Positions 37,701 through 51,294 are shown, numbered from the stretch's first letter. The stretch is 64,000 bases of DNA from Octopus sinensis (GCF_006345805.1 NC_043006.1:105828737-105892736), one strand, 5' to 3'. The notes: generated from the letters alone by a model not told the origin. Translations and numbers: made by a program.

Positions 37701-40700
37701 TTCTTACTGTAGAATCTGAGGGCCTATGGAAGATTGGCTTGATTTAATTTAATCAGGTAGTTTACCATTAAACAGCAGATGAAACGGTGCATCGTATAAG
37801 AAATTACAGGGTAAATGTTTTTTTAATTTTCTCCTGGTTTACGGAATTATTTTTATTTGCGGTTGAAGCTTTGGCTGTTATTTCTAGTGGGTGAATGGCC
37901 TATTATGGCCGTTCCTTGATTGTTGATGTTGAACTTAAAAATGGTCTATGACTATTTAATTTTTTCCCACTAGGCCGCTGGTGGCAAAAAAAATCTACAA
38001 AATTTTTTTTTTTTTTTTGCCACCCTTTATTAATTAATTATGAATTTTCTGGTTAATTCCGTAATGGAATCGACGGCTTATATTTATTTGCTGCCGATAA
38101 ATTTGGCGCGAGTGCGACGATTTGAAAATTTTAGGTCAGATATTACCTTGGCAGGGTCGGAAATGCCTCGTGAAAATATCTGTTCCGACTTGGGCTATTT
38201 CTTACTGAAGAATCTGAGGGCCTATGGAAGATTGGCTTGATTTAATTTAATCAGGTTAGTTTACCATTAAACAGCAGATGAAACGGTGCATCGTATAAGA
38301 AATTACAGGGTAAATGTTTTTTAAATTTTCTCCTGGTTTACGGAATTAATTTTTATTTGCGGTTGAAGCTTTGGCTGTTATTTCTAGTGGGTGAATGGCC
38401 TATTATGGCCGTTCCGTGATTGTTGATGTTGAACTTAAAAATGGTCTATGACTATTTAATTTTTTTCCACTAGGCCGCTGGTGGCAAAAAAATTCTACAA
38501 AATTTTTTTTTACCACCCTATATTGATTAATTATGAATTTTCTGGTTAATTCCGTAATGGAATCGACGGCTTATATTTATTTGCTGCCGATAAATTTGGC
38601 GCGAGTGCGACGATTTGAAAATTTTAGGTCAGATATTACCTTGGCAGGGTCGGAAATGCCTCGTGAAAATATCTGTTCCGACTTGGGCTATTTCTTACTG
38701 AAGAATCTGAGGGCCTATGGAAGATTGGCTTGATTTAATTTAATCAGGTTAGTTTACCATTAAACAGCAGATGAAACGGTGCATCGTATAAGAAATTACA
38801 GGGTAAATGTTTTATAAATTTTCTCCTGTTTACGGAATTAATTTTTATTTGCGGTTGAAGCTTTGGCTGTTATTTCTAGTGGGTGAATGGCCTATTATGG
38901 CCGTTCCTTGATTGTTGATGTTGAACTTAAAAATGGTCTATGACTATTTAATTTTTTCCCACTAGGCCGCTGGTGGCAAAAAATTTCTACAAAATTTTTT
39001 TTTGCGACCCTATATTGATTAATTATGAATTTTCTGGTTAATTCCGTAATGGAATCGACGGCTTATATTTATTTGCTGCCGATAAATTTGGCGCGAGTGC
39101 GACGATTTGAAAATTTTAGGTCAGATATTACCTTGGCAGGGTCGGAAATGCCTCGTGAAAATATCTGTTCCGACTTGGTCTATTTCTTACTGAAGAATCT
39201 GAGGGCCTATGGAAGATTGGCTTGATTTAATTTAATCAGGTTAGTTTACCATTAAACAGCAGATGAAACGGTGCATCGTATAAGAAATTACAGGGTAAAT
39301 GTTTTTTTAATTTTTTCCTGGTTTACGGAATTAATTTTTATTTGCGGTTGAAGCTTTGGCTGTTATTTCTAGTGGGTGAATGACCTATTATGGCCGTTCC
39401 TTGATTGTTGATGTTGAACTTAAAAATGGTCTATGACTATTTAATTTTTTCCCACTAGGCCGCTGGTGGCAAAAAAATTCTACAAAATTTTTTTTTGCGA
39501 CCCTATATTGATTAATTATGAATTTTCTGGTTAATTCCGTAATGGAATCGACGGCTTATATTTATTTGCTGCCGATAAATTTGGCGCGAGTGCGACGATT
39601 TGAAAATTTTAGGTCAGATATTACCTTGGCAGGGTCGGAAATGCCTCGTGAAAATATCTGTTCCGACTTGGGCTATTTCTTACTGAAGAATCTGAGGGCC
39701 TATGGAAGATTGGCTTGATTTAATTTAATCAGGTTAGTTTACCATTAAACAGCAGATGAAACGGTGCATCGTATAAGAAATTACAGGGTAAATGTTTTTT
39801 AAATTTTCTCCTGGTTTACGGAATTAATTTTTATTTGCGGTTGAAGCTTTGGCTGTTATTTCTAGTGGTGAATGGCCTATTATGGCCGTTCCTTGATTGT
39901 TGATGTTGAACTTAAAAATGGTCTATGACTATTTAATTTTTTCCCACTAGGCCGCTGGTGGCAAAAAAATTCTACAAAATTTTTTTTTGCCACCCTATAT
40001 TGATTAATTATGAATTTTCTGGTTAATTCCGTATTGGAATCGACGGCTTATATTTATCTGCTGCCGATAAATTTGGCGCGAGTGCGACGATTTGAAAATT
40101 TTAGGTCAGATATTACCTTGGCAGGGTCGGAAATGCCTCGTGAAAATATCTGTTCCGACTTGGGCTATTTCTTACTGAAGAATCTGAGGGCCTATGGAAG
40201 ATTGGCTTGATTTAATTTAATCAGGTTAGTTTACCATTAAACAGCAGATGAAACGGTGCATCGTATAAGAAATTACAGGTAAATGTTTTTTAAATTTTCT
40301 CCTGTTTACGGAATTAATTTTTATTTGCGGTTGAAGCTTTGGCTGTTATTTCTAGTGGGTGAATGGCCTATTATGGCCGTTCCGTGATTGTTGATGTTGA
40401 ACTTAAAAATGGTCTATGACTATTTAATTTTTTCCCACTAGGCCGCTGGTGGCAAAAAAATTCTACAAAATTTTTTTTTGCCACCCTATATTGATTAATT
40501 ATGAATTTTCTGGTTAATTCCGTAATGGAATCGACGGCTTATATTATTTGCTGCCGATAATTTGGCGCGAGTGCGACGATTTGAAAATTTTAGGTCAGAT
40601 ATTACCTTGGCAGGGTCGGAAATGCCTCGTGAAAATATCTGTTCCGACTTGGGCTATTTCTTACTGAAGAATCTGAGGGCCTATGGAAGATTGGCTTGAT

Positions 40701-41476
40701 TTAATTTAATCAGGTTAGTTTACCATTAAACAGCAGATGAAACGGTGCATCGTATAAGAAATTACAGGGTAAATGTTTTTTAAATTTTCTCCTGGTTTAC
40801 GGAATTAATTTTTATTTGCGGTTGAAGCTTTGGCTGTTATTTCTAGTGGGTGAATGGCCTATTATGGCCGTTCCTTGATTGTTGATGTTGAACTTAAAAA
40901 TGGTCTATGACTATTTAATTTTTTCCCACTAGGCCGCTGGTGGCAAAAAATTTCTACAAAATTTTTTTTTGCGACCCTATATTGATTAATTATGAATTTT
41001 CTGGTTAATTCCGTAATGGAATCGACGGCTTATATTTATTTGCTGCCGATAAATTTGGCGCGAGTGCGACGATTTGAAAATTTTAGGTCAGATATTACCT
41101 TGGCAGGGTCGGAAATGCCTCGTGAAAATATCTGTTCCGACTTGGGCTATTTCTTACTGAAGAATCTGAGGGCCTATGGAAGATTGGCTTGATTTAATTT
41201 AATCAGGTTAGTTTACCATTAAACAGCAGATGAAACGGTGCATCGTATAAGAAATTACAGGGTAAATGTTTTTTAAATTTTCTCCTGGTTTACGGAATTA
41301 ATTTTTATTTGCGGTTGAAGCTTTGGCTGTTTTTTCTAGTGGTGAATGGCCTATTATGGCCGTTCCTTGATTGTTGATGTTGAACTTAAAAACGGTCTAT
41401 GACTATTTAATTTTTTCCCACTAGGCCGCTGGTGGCAAAAAATTCTACAAAATTTTTTTTTGCCACCCTATATTGA

Positions 41477-41484
<8 letters not shown>
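34722..41484. mobile_element. Hammerhead tandem array 2 (retrozyme-like): ~491-bp unit, ~2.6 minus-sense plus ~11 plus-sense copies
   Basis: Each unit has TTTCTTA-CTGAAGA-ATCTG...CAGAT-GAAA-CGGTGCATCG-TA-TAAGAAA; minus HHRs start at 34845, 35335, 35827; plus HHRs at 36228, 36719, 37209, 37700, 38198, 38691, 39183, 39676, 40168, 40657, 41150; junction at ~36013-36015. Confidence 0.95.
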
Positions 41485-41541
<57 letters not shown>

Positions 41542-41552
41542 TGTATATCTAT

Positions 41553-41760
41553 ATAGTTAATCCAAACATGAAAACACAAAGAGAAAACACAACAACGCGA
41601 GGACGTGGAACAAATATAGTATTATTGGACGCACAGGAAGGAAGGAAAGAAGGAGGGTTTAACGTTCCGAGCGGAGCTCTTCGTCAGAAACATAGGAAAA
41701 CGAAAGATTCGAAGAAGGAAAGATGGAGGAAAAAATCGCCAACGGTACACACGCGGATGA
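41553..41760 (-). mobile_element. Penelope-type terminal-repeat fragment with minimal hammerhead (41657-41691, one core change)
   Basis: Minus strand GTTT-CTGACGA-A-GAGC(TCC)GCTC-GGAA-CGT-T-AAAC; homologous to 30620-30830. Confidence 0.7.
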
Positions 41761-42414
41761 AAGTATATTCTCTCTCTTCATTTTCCATTTTTATTATTCC
41801 TTCCACTTTTTGCATAAACTTTCTCGTTTTAAGTTGCGATTTCTCTTGTACCTGTTTTTTTTTTATTACCCACAAGGGGCGAATTTCTCCTGTACCAGCA
41901 TCCTAATTTACGAATGAAATAGATCATGCGCTCAGAGCCTGAACACTGCTTAGAGACACAAGGTGTGTCATAAAAACCTGCCAAGACGCGTGTCTCCAAA
42001 GCAAGATGCTATTAGTAGCTCTTATTTTTATGCTGTGTAGATTAAACTGTGTGTGTGTGTGTGTGCATGGGCAAGGTTGTGTCAGTGTGTATGTATGTCT
42101 ACATGCACAATCGCCACACATGATGAATAAATAACTAAATAACGTTCAATATTTAAACATCGTGTGTTGCAACAATTATCTCTATTTCATACAAACAACC
42201 ATTTCCTGTGTAAACCAATGCATTTTTCTTATCTATTCGTAAATATCTCTTTTTTCCACCACTACAATTACTGCTGCTGAGACCACTGCTGCTGAGACCA
42301 CTGCTGTTGTTATTATTTTCCATTGATATCACGATCTTCATCATCATCACCATCACCATCATCACCATCACCATCATCACCATCACCATCATCATCATCA
42401 TCATCATCAGATAT

Positions 42415-45400
42415 TAGAATGGCGCTTAGGCAGAATTATTAACCCGCCGATCAAAATGGTTAGCAGTATTCCTTCCGGCTTTACGTTCTGAGTTCAAATT
42501 CCACTGAGTTCTACTTTGCTTTCAGTGCGCATAAAATAAGTACAAGTTAAGCACTGTAGTCGATGTAATCGAATGGTCCCCTCAATATTTCGGGCCGTGT
42601 GCCTATAAGAGAAACAATAACCATAGCTTCTAGTACCAACATCATTATCTCTGCAGTTATTACCTCCGCCTTATAGAAGGCGGAGGTATTGTTTTCAGTC
42701 GTGTTTGTCTGTGGACAAGATATCTCAAGAACCGCCGGATAGATTTGGATGGAACTTTCAGGGATGTTTGACCTCGTGACTGGCCCGAACGGATTAGATT
42801 CTGGGATCGATCTGGTACCGGACAAGGATTCTGGTTACTACTGTTATCATTACCTGGCGGAAGAAAGGCGGTGAGCTTGCAGAATCGTTAGTGTACAAAA
42901 TACCTAATGCCATTTCTTCCGGCTTTACTCTCGGATTTCAAATACCGCCGAGGTCGTCTTTACCTTTCATCCTTTTGATGTCGATGAAATAAATTCCAGT
43001 TAAGCACGGGGATCGATGTTATTGACTTCGTCCTCCCACTAAAAAAATCTATGTCAATACTAGAAAAGATTAGATAGTGAGAGAGTAGTGACTTGAGGTA
43101 ATCATTAGAGTATCGAATAAAATATGTTGTGGTGTATATACTGTCTCTATATTTTGAGCTCAAATTTCACCAAAGCGAACTTTGCCTTTCATCCTTACCA
43201 GTAGTCATGTGTTTGTCTCAAAGCTTAACCCTGTGAGCCCGTAACACCGCTTTACCGGTAGATGGCTTATTTTTCTCTATACCATAGCACCGATCTATAC
43301 CGTATCACCAGTAGAGTGCCAGGTATATGGTCAAATAAGGTTCTGGAGGCCAGGGCTCAAAGGGTTAAGTCAGTTGAATCAATTAACTTCGTTCTCATCC
43401 AAATTTGTGACCTCCCAATTATATTTCTTTCTACTATAGGCACAACATAAAGTCGACCTCGGTAGAACTTGAAATCAGAATGTGAAATGAAATTATGAAT
43501 GACCGCTGAACGTTTTGTCATTGTGTCCGGATCGATAACGATTCTGCCAGCTCGCCGCTTTGTCTTCTACTTATCTTCTTTCTACTTTAGGCACAATGCC
43601 TGAAATTTTATGGGTGGCGTAAAGTCATTTTCATCGATACCCAGTGCTTGACAGATATTTATTTTATCGACCTCCGAAAAGATGAATAGTGTAGTCGACC
43701 TCGGCGGAATTCGAACTCGGAAAGCAAAACCGGAAAAAAATACCGCTAAGCAATTTTCCTTACGATGAAACGATTCTGCCAGCCCACCGCTGTCTTCCAC
43801 TTCAATTGATTTCTAATTCTGGCACAAGGTCAGCAATTTCAGGGGAATGTGTAAGTCGATTATATCGACTCCAGTAATCAACTGGTACTTATTATATCGA
43901 ATCCGAAAAAAATGTCAGACGAAATGCCGTTAAGAAATTTGTTCGGCATTCTAACGATTCGTTTCTACTCTAGGAACAAGGCCCGAAATTTTGGGGGAGG
44001 CGGTCAATCGATTAGATTGACCCCAGTACGCAACTGGTACTTAATTTATCGACCCCTAAAGGCTGAAAGGCAAAGTCAACCGCGGCGGAATTTGAACTCA
44101 GAACGTAAAGACAGACGAAATAACGCTAAGCATTTCGCCCGGCGTTCTAACGTTTCTGCCAGCTCGCCGCCTTCCCCCTGGCAAAATATGGGTTTCAAAT
44201 TTCGGCGCAAGGCCAGTAATTTCAGGCGAGAGAATAATATGATTACATCAACACCCCCACCACTGTTTAACTGGTACTTATTTTATCATCCCAGAAAAGA
44301 TGAAAGGCAAAGTCGACCTCACCGGAGTGTAAAGACGGATGAAATGTAGCTAAGCAATTTTTCCGGCATGCTAACGATTCTGCTAGCTCACTGCTCCTTC
44401 AATGTCAGAAAATTATAAATTGTTATTACATTGATCTAGTTGACGAGCTAGATAGTTAGCGTGTGGGACAAAATGCTTAGCATTTCATTATGTTCTGAGT
44501 TCAAATGCCGCGGAGGTCGACTTTACTTATCACCTCTTTAAGGTTCATTATATAAGTCGCAATCAAGTTCTATAATCGATATAATCTACATTGGCCCTAC
44601 CTCTCAAAAATTGCTGATCTTTTGCCAAAATATTAAAACTATCGTTAATATTGGTTTCAAATTTTGACACTAGGCCAGCCATTTCGGGACAGAGAATAAG
44701 TCGATTATATCGACCCCAGTGCTCAACTGGTACTTATTTTATCGCCCGTGAAAGGGTGGAAGGCAAAGTCGACCTCGGCAGAATTTCAATTCCGAACGTA
44801 AAACCATCATTAACATTAGCTCCAGGTTTTCCCTGGTGCACCATGTCTACGATAAATGGCATTTCATTCGTAACCTTCCCGTTTCTTTCCGTGCGTCAGC
44901 GGTACCAGGAAGGACAAAATCTTTTTTGTCTTTTGGCTTGGTTTTGTAGCGGTGGTGGGTGGTCTGCTTCTGAAACAGCTGGTGTTTGCTCAGAGGGAGA
45001 TTCGACTGCTTTATCTAGCAACCCAGATCAATCACATATGAGCTTCCTCAAACAATGTTATTTTTGCTGTTATTATTTCTTATTGTTAAGGTGGCGTGCT
45101 AGCAGAATCGTTAGGACGGCGGACGAAATCCTTAGTGATATTTCGTCTGCCGCTACGTTCTGAGTTCAAATTCTGCCAAGGTCGACTTTGCCTTTCATCC
45201 TTCCGGGGTCGATTAAATAAGTACCAGTTACGGACTGGTGTCGATATAATCGACTTAATCCGTTTGTCTGTCCTTGTTTGTCCTTTCTGTGATTAGCCCC
45301 TTGTGGGTAGTGAAAAAATAGGTATTTCGTCTGCCGATACGTTCTGAGTTCAAATTCCGCCGAGGGCGACTTTGCCTTTCATCCTTTCGGGGTCGATAAA

Positions 45401-45850
45401 TTAAGTACCAGTTACGCACTGGGGTCGCTGTAATCGACTTAATCCCTTTATCTATCTTTGTTTGTCCCCTCTGTTTAGTCCCTTGTGGGCAATAAAGAAA
45501 TAAGAATCGTTAAGACGCCGGGTAGAATGCTTAGTGGCAATTCGTCCGCCTTTACATTCTGAGTGCAAACTACATCGAGGCCGACTTTACTTTCGGAGTC
45601 GATAAATAAAGCACCAGTAAAACACTGAGGTTGATGTAATCGACTAGTCCCCACCCCCAAATTTCAGGCCTTGCAGAATCGTTAACACGCCGGGCAAAAT
45701 TTGTAGCGACATTTCGTCCGTCTTACCGTTCTGACTTCAAATTCCCCTGAGGTCGATTATTCTTTCGAGGTCGATGTAATCGACTAGTGCCCCCACCCAC
45801 AGAATTTGAAACCTTGTGCCTATAGCAGAAAGTATCATTTCTTAGAGTTA
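42415..45850. mobile_element. Dense cluster of SINE family B copies in both orientations, with a HINE-like fragment at 42660-42860
   Basis: More than ten recurrences of GAGTTCAAATT..GAGGTCGAC..GCCTTTCATCC or its reverse complement. Confidence 0.8.
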
Positions 45851-46670
45851 TTATTGTTTATTGTCTTTTTGAAACTGTTTGTTTAGTGGTCGGTTAGGCT
45901 ATCCGTTAGCGTTTTCGTTTCTGTATATAATTTTAAGGTAACACAAGTATATCTGTTTTAATCGAAGATATCAAATAAATAGATACTTCCAAATAGAAGC
46001 TAAGCAAGGCCGGAAATAAGCTGTTTCGATCTCAACAACAATAATAGGAATCAAATATTTTTGATTTTTTTTTATCTTCTCATCATTTGTTTCTTATTTA
46101 CGTTTTATGTAGGTAGAAGGAAATTCATCTCTTTTCTTCTTTTTATTGGCTTACATTAAATTTGAGTATTTTTATATAATACTTCTTTTATTTATTTTGC
46201 AGGACATTTTTTCCTGTTAGCTCTGGGGCTGGGTTTTGTTTTATTGTTTACCAAAGGAAATTTAGCTTTAAAACCCTAGTTCTATCTATCTTAGAATCTT
46301 TACTTTTATTATTTACCTTTTTTCTTCTTATATTTTTTAGTTTTTGTTACTTTTCTTCTTACGTACTTTAGCTTTTGTTTCTTTCATATTTGAAAGGAAT
46401 AATTTTTCATAATTTCCTATGAAGAGAAGATGTATCGTAATGTTTTCTTAGGAAATGTACAGAGGAAATATCAAAATAACGGTATATACATATATATTTA
46501 CATACACGCACACATGCACACACACACACACACACATGCACACAGTCATATATACATATCTATAAATGTAATTATATATATATATATATATATATATACA
46601 TACACACATATATATATATAGTTCATTAAAATTTAGATTCAGATTATTTTGATATATATATGTTTATATC

Positions 46671-46716
<46 letters not shown>

Positions 46717-46728
46717 GTGTGTGTGTGT

Positions 46729-46766
<38 letters not shown>

Positions 46767-46767
<1 letters not shown>

Positions 46768-49700
46768 ATTATTCAGTTTATTTCAAGATTTCTTGCCAAT
46801 AAAGAGCCGGTTTCTAACCTAGATCCAAGGCTCCTTCAATGGAATTTCAACATCAACAACAGGGTATTTTTGTTCGTCTGTCTGTCTGTCCGTATGTCTG
46901 TATGTATGCATACATGTATGTATGTATGTATGTATGTATGTATGTATGTATGTATGTGCAGATTTGTATGTTTTATGTATGTATTCTCATGCATATAGTT
47001 ACATATCTAGACATGCTCATATATATTTAAATGATAAACTTCTGGAAAGTTATTACAGATTTTTACAGTTCCAGTGATGGATTGGATATGTAGACTTCGA
47101 ATTAGCTTTCTACTTTCTGGTTTTGAGAGGCCTAATTTCTCAATATTGGTATTTAGGCAGTGTGTTACATATACCAGGGTCCCAATAATTACAGGTATAA
47201 TCCTGAAGTTGTAACCTAGATAGAGTAACTGTAGATTTTTCAATAGTTCAGCATAGGTGTTCTCTTTTTCACTGATCTTCAGTTTTATGTCAACATCCGC
47301 TGGGCAGCTAATTTCCACAACTGTGCACAGTTTCTATTCTCTATCCCAGATCATTATATCAGGTCTGTTTTACTTACATTTTATTGAGGTCTACACTGGA
47401 ACATTCCAACAGTATTCCTTTTTATTATGAGTGGCTATGGCTTCTACCATATTGTGTGTTCTTATTTCTTTGTCCTCGGAATTATCCTTCCGACGGATTT
47501 CATTATATGGTGTCCTAGCTACAACATCATGTAGATAAAACCGTGATGACATTTTCAGACAACTGCTTATGATGTGGATGATATCTTCGATGTTAACCCC
47601 AGAAAGCCTTCATCGTTTGTCACATTTTATTGCTTCCCTGCATCTCTATCCCTTTTGTGCATCAGGTACTAGGTTTATATTTCCTGTTCCTGGATTGCAA
47701 ACGCATACCCCTCAAAGTAGGAGGTAGTATTGGTCTATGATATACTGCTTTGATGATCGATGTTACTATCATCAGGGAGCTTTCAACTAACATATCCATG
47801 CTGAGTCTTCTGCTCATATAGGCTCATCCTTCATCTGATGATACGTTGCCGTAGAGTCGTGAGACTACTTTGGACATGTATTCTAGGTTATCAAAAGATG
47901 TTGCCCAAGGAGGTGCCTTCCAAGTCTTAAGATATTTTCAGCCTCGTATGCAAACTTGGTCAAGGGATGCACTTCGATACTTGGTGGTTAAAATATGTTG
48001 CCGAGGGGATATGATGCGACATTCAAAGGCATTTGGGGTCGATGTTAAGCCTCTGCCGTTTTGTTTTCGTTTTAGGGAGATGTGCTCTACGTCACTATTT
48101 ATGTAGAAATTATGTGTGCTTGTTAGAAAATCCGAAAACGGATTTTCACATCAATAGCTCGGATTTCATCAAGCGTCAATCAAGAAGCCCAGATGCTGGT
48201 ATGAGTACTGGCACTGCAAACACATTGTGGGCCACTGTTTTATTGAATGCAGAGAGTTCTGAGGTCCAAATTTTCTTTATTCGACTGTAATATTTTTTAG
48301 TGACACGTGTTTTGTTACAGGTGCCATTGTAAGATATATTTTCATCTACCCCTAGATACCTGTAACATTACTCTCAGATACATGGGAAACAGTCAAATCA
48401 TAGATGGAGATGTTACTAGTTTGGTTTATAGTTTTCCCCCTTTTCACAACCATATAACAACATTTATCCTGACCAAACTCCAACCCCACATCTTTTGAGA
48501 ATGTTGTAACTAGATCAAGGCTCTTTTTCATCTCATGCGTATTTTTTGCATAAAGTTTTAAGTCATCTACAAAGAAACAGTGTGTAATTTTGGTATTTCG
48601 GTTTCCTTGTGAACCAGGGAGATATCCTTCAGAATTCCTTAACATGAATGACAAGGGGTTTACAGAAAGTATAAACAACATCACAGAGAGGCTGTCTCCT
48701 TGCAATATGCCTTTGCGATACTGTATTCTATCGGTGATAATACAGTCACTCTTTGTGTTTAATTTCAAGATAGAGACCCACGATGAAGTCAGGTCAGCTA
48801 TGGCTTTAACTATTGTCACTGGAACTTTAGAAAGTTGAATGGCTTCAAGCATCTATGAGTGGGGAACAGAGTCAAAGGCTTTCTTGTAGTCTAGCCACAT
48901 TGAAACTATGTTCCACCTACGCTCGCGCACCTTTCACATCACAGTTTTTGTTAATTAATAATTTCTCGGCATATCCACAAACTCCCTTCCTCCCAAATGC
49001 TTGTTCTGCCGTGATAATATTGGTTTCACAATGGCCCTGGAGGAAGAGGTTTAAACATACTGTATATATCTTGTACATTAATTTCTGGCATGCAATTGGC
49101 CGGTAGTGTTTTTGCCATGCGGGTGTTTCTGCATCAGTGGATCAATTTTGTCTCTGTCAGAGCTAACCAGTGTGGTATGCAATTGTTCCCAATGAAAGCT
49201 TGCTGGTACAGATTGATAAGATAGGGTCGGTAGAATGTTAGCTTCTTGTACCAATATCCAACAATCAAGTCTCTTCCGCGTGCTTTTCCATCCTGGAGTT
49301 TCTGGATCACAGTTGCAAGAGTTTCACCATGAATGTTGTATGTCTTGGATGTAACGCAGGAGCAATACCTTTTTCGAATTTCTTCCAGCCACTGAGCATC
49401 TTGGTTAAATTCCTTCTCTTCAATCCAGATTTTCCTCCAGAAGGAGTCTATGTCTTCTCGTGAAGGAGCTTCCATGATATTCACTGCTCCTCCTCTCATG
49501 TCTCTGTGTACTGCTGCCTGCGGTTAAATTTTTTGTTTATTGTTCTTCTCTCTGTTATTCTCTTCTGATGTCGGAGTTTTTCACTGACAGTTTTTAGCTC
49601 CTGCTTGAGGATGATCTGTTTGCAAGTGAGTGTCCTCTTTTGCTCTCTCCAAGCATCTCTATCTCCTTTACTTTCTATTGGTCGGATGTATAGTGATTTG

Positions 49701-50030
49701 CTTGTTTGCATGCAATAAGCATTATTACATGACTGATGGTGTCCCTAAAACCTGTATTCGTTTTCTCTGCCATCAGAACCCATGATGGTACTTTCCTCGT
49801 TGCTTCGATTTCATTTACTTTTTGAATATCATTCATGGACTGTTTTACTGTAGTAGCCAGAGTATATAGGCAGGCGTTAATCTGCCAGTATGTGCGTTCA
49901 TCACACTGTTGTAAATACTCATCACCGATTTCGTTAACAGCTTTTAATGCCGTATCTGGCGATTTTTTTACTTACTTTGGTAGAGAATACTCGCTCCATG
50001 AAAGAGTACTTCAAAGCTAAAGTTGTATTT
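46767..50030 (-). mobile_element. Long decayed R4/NeSL-type non-LTR retrotransposon (RT, RLE, 3' UTR)
   Basis: RT: KGILQGDSLSVMLFILSVNPL, ITHCFFVDDLKLYAK (48352-48852); KARGRDLIVGYWYKKL (49134-49499); RLE EISCPAD...KENTY...PVIIGTL (47007-47318). Confidence 0.88.
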
Positions 50031-50145
50031 ATCCATTTATCTAAGTGTTTGTGTGAAGAGGGGGAAGAATATATACGTATAATGATTGAGGTAATTTATA
50101 AGCGAGGATAAAGGTGTTCAATATATGTATATCTGTAGAGTGTGC

Positions 50146-50189
<44 letters not shown>

Positions 50190-50431
50190 ATATATATATA
50201 TGTTAGCAGACGAGGAAATAGCCCGAAACCAGGCTGGTCTGCGGATCCCGTTGCTAGAAGGTGGTAGGGGTTCGCTCCCCTGCTCGTAATATCTCGGATG
50301 TAGCTGTGCATCGTTGACCAGCTAGAGGAGATGTCTTCTTGGGGTTAAAAAAATCGCAGTAAAGTCCGTTCGAACGGACAGTCATGTTGAAGTGGCTACG
50401 AGCATTTCTTGTGTGTGTGTGCGTGTGTGTG

Positions 50432-50474
<43 letters not shown>

Positions 50475-51080
50475 GTGTGTGTGTGCGCGTGCGTGTGTGT
50501 GTGTGTGTGTGTGTATCTCCTAATTTAAATGTTCACACAATCATGCGTACATATACAAACGCACATACACACGCACGCATACATTATCTTATTCCTTTTT
50601 CATTACATGTGTCCGACATTGGAATGTAGCAATCTTGAGACAGCTGTCGAATGACCAGTATTTATTTTTCACCTACTTCTAATGTACCTCTAAGTGACTC
50701 CGACAGGGACAAACACAAAGCCACTCTCCCCCTCTCTCTCCCTATCTCTCTTTCCCTTTTAAATAGGTACCCTGGAGGTACATCGGTGAAGAAATAGCAA
50801 CCAAACATCCATCAAATTATATGACTAACATTTTAAAAATGAAGGGTCCGACCAAAAATTGTAGACTTCGATACAGTATGTTTTATCTTTTATCATTCAC
50901 TTGGTTCAGTCATTATACTGTGGCCATGTTGGGGCACCGCCTTCAAGAATGAATCCCAGTACTTATTTTTTAAGCCTGGTATTTACTCTACCGGTCTCTT
51001 GTGCTGAACTTACGCTAAGTTACGGGGACGCAAACACACCAACACCGTCTGTCAAGTGATGATGGAGACAATCGCACACA

Positions 51081-51121
<41 letters not shown>

Positions 51122-51177
51122 GAAACAAGCCTGTCGTGAATATATATATGTATAATATATGTATATATATATATATG

Positions 51178-51252
<75 letters not shown>

Positions 51253-51294
51253 TGATATATATATATATTATATATATATATAATATATATATAT

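Noticed and set aside
36070-41192. Repeated 66-aa ORF (MNFLVNSVMESTAY...) in array 2 units
   Set aside because: Identity only reflects unit identity; the ORF is missing from the track in two plus-arm copies (~37545, ~40500), has no recognisable motif and overlaps the ribozyme core. It does fit inside one monomer, so Ribo-seq could revive it.
34722-41484. Array 2 as CRISPR, rDNA/5S or plain centromeric satellite
   Set aside because: No repeat-spacer alternation and no rRNA or snRNA similarity recognised; the conserved hammerhead explains the unit better.
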